Shown one piece after another: positions 25,317 through 38,309 of a stretch of DNA of 64,000 nt. Position numbers and translations under genes: made by a program. The notes beneath the pieces are model-generated. The model saw nothing but the letters and a program-made list of their open reading frames with translations, made no database searches and was not told the DNA's origin. How positions within the stretch are numbered: the stretch's first letter is position 1; every line of letters begins with the position of its first letter. The DNA lies in contig OZ025714.1 in assembly GCA_964019335.1 (NCBI GenBank), positions 186,001 through 250,000 of the forward strand. The letters run 5' to 3'. The stretch comes from Diplonema japonicum (taxonomy: Eukaryota > Protista > Euglenozoa: Diplonemea).

Positions 25317-26460
25317 CTACCTTATGATGCTCCCCTTTTGGGGTCGTTCCCTGCTACCCACCGTAGTGCCTAGCTGTCGTTTATATCTTCCAATCCTTTC
25401 TTTCCGGTAATCTTCTCTCAGTCCTTTCAGCTTGGTCGCCGTCAGCCCCGATGCAAACAGGGCCCTCCTATCAAAGCCAACGACGTGGTCGCGGCCAATG
25501 GATCGTAGTGATCTCACGTTCTTGCATGACTGCGCCGGAAAAGCGCGTCTCCTCTTCTCCCTCATCCATGTCGCTTGCAGCGTATCCAGGATCCGCTTGA
25601 TCCTCACCGCCTTCTTGTCGATGTCAATCGTCGTGTTGATGTTAACCCCCAGCGTCTTCTTCGTGTAGCACTCGAAGTCAATCGCCAGCTCGATCGCCGA
25701 CACGGACGTTCCCTCCTCCGCCCACCGCAGCGCAGCCAGCCATCTCAGCACCTGATCACCATACTCCCTGAGCTGCGGGGTCAGCTTGAGCTTGTACAGT
25801 TCCACAACCTTTGGCGCCTCGAAACGCCTTCCTTGAGTCGTCACCATCCACGGCGGTTCCTTCTCAACCGCGAACCGCTTCATCGCCAGAGCACCTCTGC
25901 CAAATACCTCTGCAGCCTCTCCAAACCGCGAAACACGACCTTCCTCGGGAGAATCCCGTGCAGCTCCAAACAGACCGGCCACCTTTCGCTCCTGACCAGA
26001 CCGGTTTTTACCTCCTTCTTCTGCACCTCCAATGCGACCTCGCACTCCCAAAGCTGGTGTCGCAGCAACCTAACTGTGCTGCCCTTCGCAGCATCACAAA
26101 CATCGCAATTGAGCGTTCCCGCTGCTTTGTCCGTCCTCCCCCTACCCAGGTGGTCGGCTTCTTCCTCGCTCCCTTCACCTCCCTCTTCAGGAGGGGAGAG
26201 TAAAACTTGTTTCGCATACGGGCTGAGGTACGGCACCGCCCCGGCGATTATCCTCCTCACCCGCCACGCTTCGAGCGGTCTGCGTGCGCTGCACTTCATC
26301 CAGTAAGCGTTCGTTGCAGGGGCCGCGCCCTCCCAAGCCCGGCCATCGTGCTTCGCGCCTTCACAATACCCGATGTCCTCATCCTCCGCAGAGCCTCCCT
26401 GAGGTCGTGCCCAGGATTCTCTCCTCTGTGCCAGCTTGCCAGCCTTTCCCACTTCCATCC
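25317..26460 (-). mobile_element. 5'-truncated non-LTR retrotransposon remnant (zinc knuckle and C-terminal domain)
   Basis: CDVC..HQLWEC knuckle, WPVCLELHGI and ELAIDF motifs are shared with the RT-bearing remnant at 45.6-47.6 kb; one frameshift. Confidence 0.7.
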
Positions 26461-27951
26461 AAAAAAAAAAAAAAAAATTCATTTTATAGATCAAAACGAG
26501 ATTAAAATATATGAGTTAAAGGAGGCCGGTGTTGGCGGCGCCCTGCACAAGAACTATCTACTTGATTACAGGGGGCGCACCGCGGCCGAGTTGTAGCTTC
26601 TTCTGCGTTCCGCGTCGTGTCCTTAATGCGTGCGGTGTACAGCTCAACCCCAGCCGGTGCGTCCCGGGTAACCAAGATTCTGCGCTCGTGCAGTTTGCTG
26701 CCTGTTCGTCACCCTGAGCATCTGCAATATGTTCTTCCACTCGGGCGCTACCGGTGATGACTGACGAGGAGGTCAACAGCGAACAACACATCTGATGGTT
26801 TTCTTATATTTTCATGTTATCCCCACCACCTTTTAAAAAAATGTAAGCGAAAAGAGAGGGTGGAAAAAAAAAAGGGGGGGGGGGGGCAGCGTGTATTTTT
26901 AGCTTTTCGTGTAAACAAAAAGGTGCACCAACCAACAATTGATACTCCCTCTCAGAAAGGGCTTGTAATGTCCCGGGGGGGGGGGGGGGGGGGGTGCCCC
27001 ACTCCCTCTGGGCACTACCCATAAATAAAAGGCCATGTTTAAGGGTAAATCCCAGGCGAAGACATAAATTTCAAAAAAAAAAAAAATTGTTTGTGCAAGC
27101 CGTTTTCACCTACAGTAGGGATAAACGGACAAGCTGCCTCTACTCTTTTTTGCAATAACAATTCTTTTCAAAAATCTGTTTACTTGTTCCAGCAAAAAAA
27201 GAAAAAAAAAAAAAAAAAAAAAAAACCGTTGTTGTTGTTGGTATTCATTAGAAGATTATAATAAAAAACTCAGACAGCTGGCTAAAGTTCGCCTTATTTC
27301 TGTCGTTCTCGTTCTCCCCCCTGAAATGACTCGCATAAGAGGAGGTGCCGTCGTGCACCTTTACCCGACCAAAGGCCTTGCTACCAATAATAAAAGATGG
27401 GGGGGGGAGGAAGGGTATGGGGAGAGAATGAAAGGGGCCAAAAAAAGGGGGGGGGGAGTTTTCTTATTTTTTTATTTAAGGTCTTCTTTTTTTTCTTTTG
27501 GCATGTAAATGCCATGTGTACTATTTTTTCAGAAAAAAAGGAGGGGGGGGGGGGGGGGGGGGAATGAGCTCTCCTGACCGTTTTTATTGTAAAAAACCCT
27601 TTCCAATTATTGTCTATGCAATATGGTCAGTTATTCTAGAAGTTGTCCCTTTGGACTGACGTGTTGATGGCTCCTCCTGCGAATTTTAATCTAATTTTCG
27701 CAGTTTGCACCGTTCTTGGTAGATTCCATGGGTTCGAAAAAAAAAAGAAGAAAAAAAAAATCATCAAATAAATATGTCCGTGGCTCCCGTGCTGCGACCA
27801 AAACGCTTTCTCCGAACCGATGGTCTTTGGGGGGATTGATCTAAAAACTTTTTTTCAAGTGACACATGCATGAGTATTTTTTTTTTTTCTGAACGGGTTT
27901 GTAGAAGTGGAAAAAAAGAAGGTAGAAAACTGTAAAATCTTTGGACGGACT

Positions 27952-27990
<39 letters not shown>

Positions 27991-28043
27991 CGGATAGAAG
28001 CGAAATGAAGCAATACTACCATATTCCGAAAAAGGGTGCTTAA

Positions 28044-28390
28044 CCATCTACCAACGAGCGTCTATATATATATATAGACGATTTGAAAAAAAAAACTCAA
28101 AGTGCAGGACAAACCCCCTCATGGAGGGCCGCCCTTGCAGTGTAAAAAAAAAAAATCTTTTGCGCTAAGGGCTTCCTATTTGGATACTCCGGTGAAGTCA
28201 AATCTGACGTGCAAACGCTGGAGCGGTCTAAAGAGAAAGCCAGAAAGGGGGTGGGCCCTGCTGTGGGGCACACTCTCTCTAGAATTGGGACATCTAGAGG
28301 CATTTCTGGGGGCATAACTTAGAATAGTTTTTTCTTGAAGTTTTAAAAAATTACCCCCCTGGTGGGCAAAAATGGTCCGTTGGTAGATGG
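28044..28390. mobile_element. piggyBac-type MITE
   Basis: Perfect 13-bp TIR CCATCTACCAACG / CGTTGGTAGATGG flanked by TTAA at 28040-43 and 28391-94; no coding capacity. Confidence 0.85.
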
Positions 28391-28529
28391 TTAAAAAATA
28401 ATAATTATATGAGTCGGGAGGGGAGGGCCCCTTCTTCTTTTTTCCTCTCGTTCCCCCCCTCATTCCGCAGACAGCTCATACAAGGATTTAAGCCGCTGTA
28501 AATCGTATTTTTATTTTTTTTCTCCCGTT

Positions 28530-28822
28530 TCACCCCCCAGTATCATCTGCTTCCTTGACTTTTTCTTCTAGCGTTTGGCGGATGAGTTGCATGTTCTTCT
28601 GAAGAGTCGCTTGCGTGAGTTCCTGAAAAAAGAATTATTTTTTTCCCTTCCCCCACCACCCCAACATACAAAGCTATCTTGATTTTCTTTTACCACGCAA
28701 GGCACACTGGAGTAGGGGTGCTTGTCTAACCAAAGGCGTATCCGCGCATAACGCTCTGCGTTACCGGCTCTAGCACTGTGCGTCTTCTGCGGGGGGATTT
28801 TTTTTTTCAAAAAAAAAAAGGG

Positions 28823-28855
<33 letters not shown>

Positions 28856-29388
28856 GGTTGAATTTCCCGCATTTTCTTGTCCTCGTCGGTCGATCGTTTC
28901 AACGATTTTTGCGCCTTTTCGGAGTTTTTCTGGGACCCCGCAAACACGGATAAAGGGAGGCTGTTATGTTGGACAAACCCGTCCATCCCGCGATACTTCA
29001 CTCTGACCCACGTGGATTTGTATACTTGTAGGTGTTCCCCGTCCTGTGCTTCAGTTACAGAGCATCCTTGAGCTGTGCAGTGTATGACCCGAATGGGTGG
29101 CCCTGCGACAGATACTTTCCGGTGGGTGGAGTCACATGTGAAGATGTCTTCTTGTACTTGAGACGGCAAGAGAACTTCAGGTTCTTTCTCTTTCTTTTCT
29201 TTCTCGTTGTCGTCCGGTTTTTCCTTCTCGGCAAGGTCGCTGCTACTTTCGCTCGATTCGGCAGGTTGAGATACCTTCTTGTTGCTGGTGTTGTCCTTCT
29301 GTGATCGAGACTTGGCTCCTTTTTCGGACTGCACACCCTTCACGTTTAGAAACTCCGCCCGGTCCTGCTTTGATACCTTGCACCCCAT
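28530..29388 (-). CDS. Small N-acylated protein with SH3-like segment
   Basis: MGCKVS N-terminus; WVRVKYRGMDGFV resembles an SH3b-type fold. Introns 28787-28851 and 28623-28669 give an open frame ending ...KEADDTGG*. Confidence 0.7.
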
Positions 29389-29703
29389 GGCAAGGAGGGG
29401 CGGGGAGGGACTCTCTCTTTTTCTTTTCCTCTTTTATTTCCCCTTCTTTTTATTTAACACTACTTCGTTTGTACCGGTACGAGAGCGATTCGCATTTTTT
29501 CTTTGGTCGTACCCCCCTCCCCCCTTTCCTTTTTTTTTTCCCCTTCTTTTTTTTTTTTTTGAAAAGCGAGAGTTTAAAAAAAAAAAAAACAGCCCCGTTT
29601 TTTATTTTGTATCCCCCCCCCCCCTCGTTCTACGTGTATTTCTCCTTCTCCGGTCTCTTTTTTTTTTTAAACTTTTATTTAATTTTTTCTCTTTTTTTAT
29701 CCG

Positions 29704-32700
29704 TCACCCCTGCAGCGTATCGCTAGTAATGTTCCCCCTTGTCTCGACTGAGAATGAAGGGAGAGTCAATAAAACAGCTTTGTCAGGAGACGCGGGAGTG
29801 GCCTTGGAAGAGGGAAACACGCCAGAGTCAGGATCGAGGATCTGCACAGGGTATATCAGCGGGTTGACTGTGTGGCAACAATACAACAAAACAAAACAAA
29901 AAAAAAAATACCTGTTCCATCTGGTGCGTCCCACTCAGATTGATAATACACCTCCTTGGCTTTCTTAAAACTTTCCTCAGTCACAGGACGGATGACAAGC
30001 TTCTCTGTTTCCCGCAACGGGAGCCCGCGTGAAGGAACACCAGTGTACCTCACCTCATAACCAGCACCACTCCCATTGGGACACATGAAAACCCACATTG
30101 AAATCTCTCGATCATCCCGACCAGACGGGTCCCACGAAGTTAAAAAAGCAAGCGCTTCGGACGAAAGAAGCGACACATCGGCTTCGACAAGAGCGGATTT
30201 CGAAGGAGACAGAAAAACCTGCGCGAACCTCACCGGTCCGTAGGGGTATGGATGGTACACCTTGCAAACTATCGGAACAGTCACCCCGTTCAACATCATG
30301 TCCCTCAACAGGATTATCGGGTTTGTCATAGGGTCAGAAACGTACCGTCGGAGGTTCTTAACATAGATACGATGCCAATTTGCAGCAAGGGTACGCCCGT
30401 ATCTTGAGACGGCACCATGACCTCTTCCTCCCAAGACGTGAAAAAGATCAGCTGATGTCGTTTTACCATCTGTCAAGTACACTGGCAACGGTGTTATTTC
30501 GTGTAAGGCGGAATCGCTGTCGGGAAGCGTGTTCTCAGCACATCTCTCCACACCGATCAGCGATCGTATCAAGATTTCAAAGTGTCGTTCCGTCCAGTCG
30601 TCTTCTGTCGTGTACAAGGCTGGTAGAGTGTTGTAGTCAACATCTGACGTCACCGGTTTCACACAGTCGCAACATGGTAGTGCTGTGACGCTGTATCCAC
30701 CCGGGGTGTTTTTTTTCGTCGGTGTGTGGTTGAATAGGTGGTATAGGTCTATTCGTTGCCCCGCCTTCGCAGCTTCTAGATATTTAGGATTTCGTTGCAA
30801 ATATGAAGCGTCTTTGAACAGTGTGAGGAATTCCCGTTTCCCCAACCAAGAGGCCAGTTCTAATGCGTTCGCGTACTCCGTCACAGGGAAGACTTCCGGG
30901 CTTTGCAACAACACGCACGCAGCGGGATCTTTTCGCAACACTGCGAGGGACAGGATTTTATCTGCAGTGTGAGGATCCGGTTTCAAGCTCGGCCCAGCTT
31001 GCAGCAGTTCCATGATGATTGGGATCGAACCCCGTTTCACGCCGGTTTTCAGTATATCACATGTAACTCGTTCTCCGTACGAGATTAACAATTCCACGGC
31101 ACGGAGGTGTCCTGTCCAAACTGCTTCGCAGAGAGCGGAGTTATCCTTGAGGTCTCTGTACTGATAGGGTTGGGAGAGGTACGACTTCTTCGACAATTTC
31201 CAAGCGACCTCAATGAGCTTCTCGTCGTTCAGTCGGATTGCAACGCCGAGAAGGGAAACGTGGAGACTTGGTGTGGCGGTTGTGTCCAGCGAGTCGTCGC
31301 TCTCTTTACCGCTGTCGTCTGCGTTTGCGATGCAGTAGTGTCCCCAATAACTGGATTCTTTGGATTTTTCAAGCAGCTCGAAGCACCGATTTAGTACGGT
31401 GTCCCCTCCGATGGACAAGGCTAAGACGATTGGATGGATGAATAAATTCCGCGAGGCGGAGTCGTAGCCCAGCCCGCAGCGTCGCGTCCGGAGGTCCTTG
31501 GGCAACGCGGCAGAATGGGATTTCGTCGGGAGCAAAAGGATTTCGGTGTGACCGGGACCTTCCAAAGCGTGTAGGTCCAGGACGAAATTCGCCTCGGGCT
31601 TCTTGTCGACAGTTCTTCCGAGTATCGCGTACCCCGACCAACCGTGTAGAATTCGTGTTGAAAACCCCGGGAGCGGTCCCGGTCTCGTCAGCTCTGCAGT
31701 ACTCGCAGAGGCCACGCAACGACAGTTCCCAAGGAAGACGCCCTTTGAAACAGCGTGCGAGATAACGTGCTTGGGGCACGTCACGGATTCGGGGTCCGGG
31801 AGAGGCTCCTTCCCTTTAAGCTTGATCCGAGTGTAGTGCGGCGACCGTTCCGAGGCTAGTTTTTTCAAACACCTCAACGCGATCAACCAATACCCCCCGG
31901 AGGCTATCACATCGTGAAGACCTTTGCAAGTCATCTCCACCACAGCCAGTTCCCTAGCTGGAAGCCATTTCGCCACGATGCTCCATACGTCGCGTGGTAA
32001 TGGTCTCGGCGCGAAGGTGTCGAATACCACGGGTTCCGTGAGCCACGGGGATTCGGAGATCCGCACTGTGGTGTTTCCGAAACTCGTCCCTGGTTCATTC
32101 ATTTTATCCAATATCTTCCGGAAGATTTTATAATCGCGTAACGATGCGGCGAGGGCCAAGGGTGGGATACCCAGGACTTCTCGTCGATCACCGTAATGGA
32201 GCAAACAGGCGTCTGCCATCTCCGATTCAGAGTAATGTTCCAACACCAAATCAAGCGCTTCTTCATCGCCAGATTCCATCGCAGCAGCAAGAACAGACTT
32301 CTTGCTGGAACCCTCCCGAGAACCCGGAAGCACTGTTGGGGAACGAACGCAACCAGCTTCTAATATAGTTTGCAGGATTCTTTTGTTGACCTTCTTTCGG
32401 GTTAAGCATATGTGCGCCATAGCAGGGGCATGTTGTCGCAGTTCGTTCATCACATCAGGTTTTTCTTTGGCGAGGTAGCAGAGTATGTCGCCGCGTTGCT
32501 CACTGACGAGAAGGTGCCCGATGTTTCTCCAGGAGGCTTTTCGGCTTAATTCTTTTGTTGAATCTGGGTTTGAAAATACGGCGGTTAACAGTTGAATGGA
32601 CACCCTTCCGGTAGCGAAGAACACGTCCAGGCAATTCGTTTCGTCCCAATTTGTTTTGTTCGTCAGTGTGGTGACGATGGAGGGCTTCCCGCTGTTTCCT

Positions 32701-33560
32701 ATGGTACGTGTTGGGAGTACATTGATGGGCGTTCTTTTAAGAATGTTATCCGAGTCGAAGAAAAGAAACCGTGTTGTGGGCTCAAGGCCGCCCGCGACAG
32801 AGGCTAGCGCAGTCGCGTGGATCTCACGTGGGTTGAGGTCGTCAAAGAACATTTCAAATATTTGTTTTATGAACGTTTCGTTCCGGCTTTCAACAGCGAG
32901 AGCCAAAGGGGTTCTCCCCGCGCAGTCGACGCTGTGAAGCATTGCTAACCGTTCAGTTTTGCTCGCTGTTTTCAAAAACGTCTCTAAAAAAACTTTAAAA
33001 TCCTCTTTTCTTTCCCGCGCGGCATGATGCAAGGGGTTACCTCCATTCCACGCTGTTGTCGTCAGCCGGTCCAACGGTACATATTGAGGATACCCCGAGT
33101 CTATTGTCATAAGTATCACCAAAGGTTTCGTCATTTTACCCTTTTTCGGGTAGATGGTGTCGAAGTTGACTTTGGGTAAAGGGTGCAAGTGGTCGTAGTA
33201 GGTTGCCCAGTGGGGGTTGCCCCAGCAATGCCGGGTGTAAGGATCGGTTTCTCGTTGTAAGCTGACGAGGCCACGTTTTCCCGCGAATCGCCACCTTCCC
33301 GCCTTCGCGATTTCAAGGTGTTCCTTTGGTGTGTATGAGCATTTGTCGATTTCTCCTTCCATCACGTATCTGCGCAAGACCGACAGCGGTGTGTACTCCC
33401 CTGCCTCCAGTTCGTCTTCGAAGATAGCGATCCTCACCTCCGGGACTCCCTCCATTACCACTACGACTTCCGGTAGCTCTACTCCCTCCCAGTTCAGCGT
33501 TTTCCATAAGATCTCGCTCCGGCTGCTGTTAGCTGGTTCATCAGGTGCCGGTGCTTGCAT
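29704..33560 (-). CDS. Ankyrin-repeat protein with internal F-box
   Basis: NPLHHAA, GRTPLALAV, NSALCEAVWTGHLRAVELLI ankyrin motifs; F-box-like LPRDVWSIVAKWLPARELAVVEMTCK; ATG at 33560; intron 29868-29911. Confidence 0.8.
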
Positions 33561-34460
33561 TCGCTTCCCTTTTTTTAAAAAAAAAATATTTCGTGTGATC
33601 TTAAAAAAAAAAAGAAAATTGGGGGAGGGAAGAATAAAAAAATCCAATCTAAAGAAGGGGGGGGGGGGAGAAAAAAGAAAAGTTGGGGAGAAAGAGGGAG
33701 AGGGGAAGGAACACAAGAAAAAAAAAACAAAAAAAAAACCTGCTGCCAGGTTTTTTTTCTCGATTTTTTTTTGTTCCCCCAAAGACCAAGCACAGTCCTC
33801 GCATTTTTTTTTTTTTTTTTTTTTTTTTTCCGTCTTCTTTTTTTTTTTTTTTCTTCCTCTGGAGCTTCCACTCATCGTCCAATGACGGGAGGTACATATT
33901 TTGTGATAAAGAAAAAGGGGGGGAGATGGGGAACGGGAAGGGAAAGAAAAGAAAATAGGAGTAAAAAGGGGATTAAACAGGATCATTTAAAAAAAGAATC
34001 AGAAGGGGATAATAAAAAAAGAAGAAAACGAAAGGCAATGACAGAAACGCAAAGAGGAAGGTATATATCCACACCCCCATTTTTTTTTCTTCTGCCCTTC
34101 GAAATTCACACCCTTTTTTTCCCTCCCCCACTCTGCCTTTTTTTTTAAAGGTTTTTTTTTTTCCTCCTGTTAGTTTCCTCCTGCGCTTACGAAGGAACAA
34201 AAGAAAAAGAAAAAAAATGGGAGCCAAAAAAAAAAAAAGAGGTAGAGATGAGATAACAATAAAGAAAAAAGGGGAGGCACCAGCTTTGGTAACACTCCCC
34301 ATTTTTTTATCTGTACTTATCCACCCCCCCCTAAAAGAAAATATAAAAATAGTGGCAAGCGGAGGGGGAAAAAAAAAACCTTTTTCTCTTTTCCCCCCCC
34401 TGCCCCCGCAACAACACACACAAAGCAATAAAAAAAAGGGGGGTAAGTAAAAAAAAAAAA

Positions 34461-35294
34461 TAACTATTTATTTAGTGAATATAAGATCCTATGAATTCAC
34501 GCGTGGTGGCAGTGGTTTTGACGAGTGACGGTTATATCACGAGCGAAGTTATAACGTTTAACGAGTCAAAACTGCCACCACAAGTGAAATCATCAATCTT
34601 ATATTCACAAATACGATATTTTATTTAACGACAGCAAAATTTGAGTGGGTGGGAGGTACAGGTGGTACCAATTACAACAGGTGTCGGATATGTGCCTCGG
34701 TAGTGCACATGTTTAGCGTGGCGGATGCCATACCTCGGTGCTAAAGAATTCTGTTATTTGCTCTTGGGTAAAGATGTTCGCCTTTTTTGTTGACTCGCCT
34801 TCTTGGAACCTCTTGAGGGGGAGTGGTCTTGCAACTGCTTGTTGTAATTCCTCCTCACAACCGAGTTTAGCCTTGAATAAGCCGTCCGGACTGAACGGGC
34901 AGCAGGCCTTGCTTCATGTCGTTGAACTAGAGAATAGAATCCTCTTCTTTCGGACGGGCCCTTCTTTTCCTTCCTATAATTATGAAACACACAAAAGCGT
35001 GCCTACTCCTTTTCGTATGGCTCTTGGAAGGGGGTGAACCCTGTTGCGTCCGCCTCTTGTGCAGTCGGGCTCTTGCCTATCCCAAAGGAACCTTGGTAGG
35101 AATTCTTGGAGGGTTCTGCTTAAATTAGGCCCAGGAGTGAAATAATATTTCTTATTTTAACGCTATCAGAATTTTTTCACTCCTGGGCCTAATTTCTTTT
35201 AGAAGCCGGAGCGTGAAAATAAAGTCAAGAGTGAAATAAAGTGAATTTTTATTTTCACTCCCACCCACGAAAATTTTGATGGAGTTAAATAAAA
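34461..35294 (+). mobile_element. Non-coding A-A'-B-B' inverted-repeat element (Crypton-like?), family 1
   Basis: Hairpin 34475-34608; inverted repeat 34619-34653 with 35260-35294; perfect 21-bp internal IR at 35122-35195; flanked by A-runs. Confidence 0.7.
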
Positions 35295-35326
35295 AAAAAA
35301 AAAAAAAAATCCCACACACAAACACA

Positions 35327-37945
35327 CTATTTCTTCACGTTCCAGGATTTCTTTGGAGCAGACCGAGACACACTGGACCCGGCAGACGGGGAGCGAGGGT
35401 CGGTGGGGCTCTCAAGGTCGTTGTAAAACCCTGACGCTGTGTTCTTGCGTGCTTTTCCGAACATGCGATCAGTCATAGGGCCTGCGTTGGCACCCGCTAA
35501 GGTGTGCGTAGCGGCGCTGTTCTCCATAAAACCAAGCGGGGATCCGCTCTTGGAGGGTGGGTAAGAAGGAGGACTGTCTTCGTCATCAGACTCCTCATCA
35601 GACATCTGTATCTTCGGGAGATGTTGCTGAGACTGCCTGAGCTCCTGTCGCCTTGCCTCTCTGTGCCTGGAACGCTGTTGTTTAGCGTCCTTCAGAACGG
35701 TGATACGGTGGCCGACCTTGCGACGGGTCCCCTGTTCGAAATCTTCCTCATTGACCTCGACAGTCTGGATGATGACGGGCATGGCCTGGTTGTCCCTCCA
35801 CACGGTGAACTGTACTTGGTCACCAGGCTTGACTGTTCTCGCACATTTCTTGAAGTCCGACAGTGTTCTAACCTTCACAGCGTTGAACTGTGTGATGACG
35901 TCGTCGCTTGATATCCCAGCAAGGTCGGCAGGGCCGTTCTGAGCAACGTTGAAGACCTTCACACCTTCGATGTCCGTGTTGACAGGCTTGCCGTCCTTGA
36001 CAAGCTTCCCTACCTTCTCCTTGTGGTTCCTTATCGTGATGCCGTCGGACACCTCGATCCCCATGTATGCTGTCTTTCTTACTTTTGCTGTCTTCGCCTT
36101 GAACTCTCTGATCCTTCTCCTCCTGAGGATCTCGATGACGTTGTTGAAGTCCTCGTCGGCTTCCTGCATCATCAGGTTCCATTCCGCGTCTTCCAAATCT
36201 TCGACGTCCAAACGTGCTTCGGACTCGAGATACTCCGCATCCTCCATCCTCTCCTGGATGTAGTGGTACTTCGCCGCCATCGCCCCCGAGTTGATGACCG
36301 ACCACTCGCCTTTCTCGTTTTCCATCAAGTCCTTCCTACCCACCTCTTCCGACTTTTCGAACTGCATGATTTTCTGGATCCTTGCTTTTTCCAACCTCTC
36401 TTCCTCGGCCCTGCTCTTCTCCTCCTCCCACTTCCTCCTCAGGTCGTCGATGATGGCTTCCAGCTCGTTGACCTTGTCGCGGTGCTCCTTCATCATCTTG
36501 TCCCTTGCCTGTTGGTTCTTGGTGTCCTCTTCGGCCTTCTCCCATCCGTGAACCTCCATCAGTGCAGATAGCTGGTCCATGATGGCTTCCACTCTGTCGA
36601 CCTCGTCGGGAAGCACTGCGGGCTCGTATGGTTCTTCCTTGGGTCTGGACTGCGACCTGCCTCGTGCGGTGCGAGGCGATGCGCTCTTGATCTCCCTGCC
36701 GTACACGTCGGTGTGCACTGGAGTGGATGTCGACCTGCTGTAGTTGTCGCCGCCGAACTCCGTCTCGTCGTACTCTGTTCCGCGGTGGCTGTGCTCTCCG
36801 TCCTCGGGGTAGCGGTGCCCGTGTCCGCCGTTCTCGCTGTCAGCATGCCCAGGCGACAAGTCGTCATCGTCGTTGTCCCCTTGGTTGACAAAGATGTTGT
36901 CGATGTTGTTGTTTGCCCTCTTCAACCTGTCCGTCGCACGCTGCACGGCGTCGGCAAGCTGGTCCACCGACTCCCTCTCGTTGTCGAGCCCGCGCTGCCT
37001 CTCCTGCAGCTTCTGCTTCAGGTTAGCGTTCGCAGCCTCCTTCTGGTTGTTGACAAGCTCCAGCTTCCTCAGCTCGATGGAAAGGTCGCCTTCGATCTTG
37101 CGTGTCGCGTCTAGCTCCGACTTGAGACGTCTGACCTCCGCATCGAGGCGGGACCTCTCCATCGCCAGCTCGTCGTTCACAAGCTCGAGGGAGTTGACTT
37201 TCGCCACGAGCTGTACGTTCTCAGCACGTTCCTGCTGTGCTTGGAGGATGGCTTGGCGGGCTTTGGAGTTTGCGTTTTCGAGTGCAGCAGCTTGGCGGAG
37301 GACCTCAGCCTTCATGGTAGCCTTGTGCAGCTTGAGGTCTTGCACGGCACGGTCCGCGTGGCGTTCGGCGTTGTCGGCACGCTGGTTGGCGCGCTGCAGC
37401 TTGTCGTCGGCCTGCTTGAGGTTGGACTCGAGGGCAGCGACATCAGCATCGCGCTCGTGGAGCTGTGTGTTGCGTGCTTTGACGAGTCTTTTGAGGTCAG
37501 AAATCTCTGCGTGGAGGTCTTCTCTCTCCCTGTTGCTGGACTCGTCCTGCTCTTCCGCCTTCAGAGTCAAGACAGACACCTTGTGGTCCAGAGCGGATTT
37601 GTCCAGCTCTGCGAGCTGCAGCTCGCTTTCTTTACAAGTGAGGTCCGAAGCCTGCGAATCAACAAGCGCCTGCAGCTCGGCGATGGCGCGGCCCTGTCGT
37701 TCCTTGAACCGTGTGTTGTCGCTCTCGCCATCACGTTGCAGGTCGTAGATCATGTCGTCCTTGCCCTTCAGAAGCCTGTTCTTTTCCTTGAGCTCGTCGA
37801 GGAGCTTCCTGTAAGCGTCGCCTAACCTCTCCATCTCCACCTGATGCTCGCCTATCTCATCTGAGACAGTCGTCAACGTGTCGATTTGCGCTGTGGTCAG
37901 CCCCTCGGTGGACATGTGGTGCCGCGTCCCTAGTTCGAGGATCAT
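35327..37945 (-). CDS. Coiled-coil protein with C-terminal PDZ domain
   Basis: Long heptad-rich region; AYMGIEV...GVKVFNVAQNGPADLAGISSDDVITQFN PDZ signature; start at 37945 or 37915. Confidence 0.85.
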   Translation of the reverse strand: MILELGTRHHMSTEGLTTAQIDTLTTVSDEIGEHQVEMERLGDAYRKLLDELKEKNRLLKGKDDMIYDLQRDGESDNTRFKERQGRAIAELQALVDSQASDLTCKESELQLAELDKSALDHKVSVLTLKAEEQDESSNREREDLHAEISDLKRLVKARNTQLHERDADVAALESNLKQADDKLQRANQRADNAERHADRAVQDLKLHKATMKAEVLRQAAALENANSKARQAILQAQQERAENVQLVAKVNSLELVNDELAMERSRLDAEVRRLKSELDATRKIEGDLSIELRKLELVNNQKEAANANLKQKLQERQRGLDNERESVDQLADAVQRATDRLKRANNNIDNIFVNQGDNDDDDLSPGHADSENGGHGHRYPEDGEHSHRGTEYDETEFGGDNYSRSTSTPVHTDVYGREIKSASPRTARGRSQSRPKEEPYEPAVLPDEVDRVEAIMDQLSALMEVHGWEKAEEDTKNQQARDKMMKEHRDKVNELEAIIDDLRRKWEEEKSRAEEERLEKARIQKIMQFEKSEEVGRKDLMENEKGEWSVINSGAMAAKYHYIQERMEDAEYLESEARLDVEDLEDAEWNLMMQEADEDFNNVIEILRRRRIREFKAKTAKVRKTAYMGIEVSDGITIRNHKEKVGKLVKDGKPVNTDIEGVKVFNVAQNGPADLAGISSDDVITQFNAVKVRTLSDFKKCARTVKPGDQVQFTVWRDNQAMPVIIQTVEVNEEDFEQGTRRKVGHRITVLKDAKQQRSRHREARRQELRQSQQHLPKIQMSDEESDDEDSPPSYPPSKSGSPLGFMENSAATHTLAGANAGPMTDRMFGKARKNTASGFYNDLESPTDPRSPSAGSSVSRSAPKKSWNVKK

Positions 37946-38309
37946 TTTACCCTCTTTTTTTTTTCCCTTCTTTTTTTTTTTCCTCCCCTCCTTTTTTTTT
38001 ATATTCTTTGTGCTTAAACAAGGGAGGGGGGAATACAATACTTCTCCGCCAACTATCCCCCCCTTTGGTCCTTTTTTTCGTGTACAAGTGGCCGGATGGG
38101 GAAAGCACACTTCTTTAAATCACTCAGAGGAACGAAAAGACAGCACGGCGGATTGTGCTGCAATGTGCACCGCCGGACTAGCTTGATGTGACGAACAGAT
38201 TGAATACCAAAAGAAATATAAAGACAAAGAAGATTGTGAAAAACATTCTATGAAACAGAAGGGGGAGGGGGGGCAACTCTGGCTTCAAAAAAAAAAAGCT
38301 TTTTCAATC

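Noticed and set aside
38140-38180. Small GC-rich hairpin as snoRNA or SECIS
   Set aside because: No convincing box motifs and no in-frame UGA upstream.
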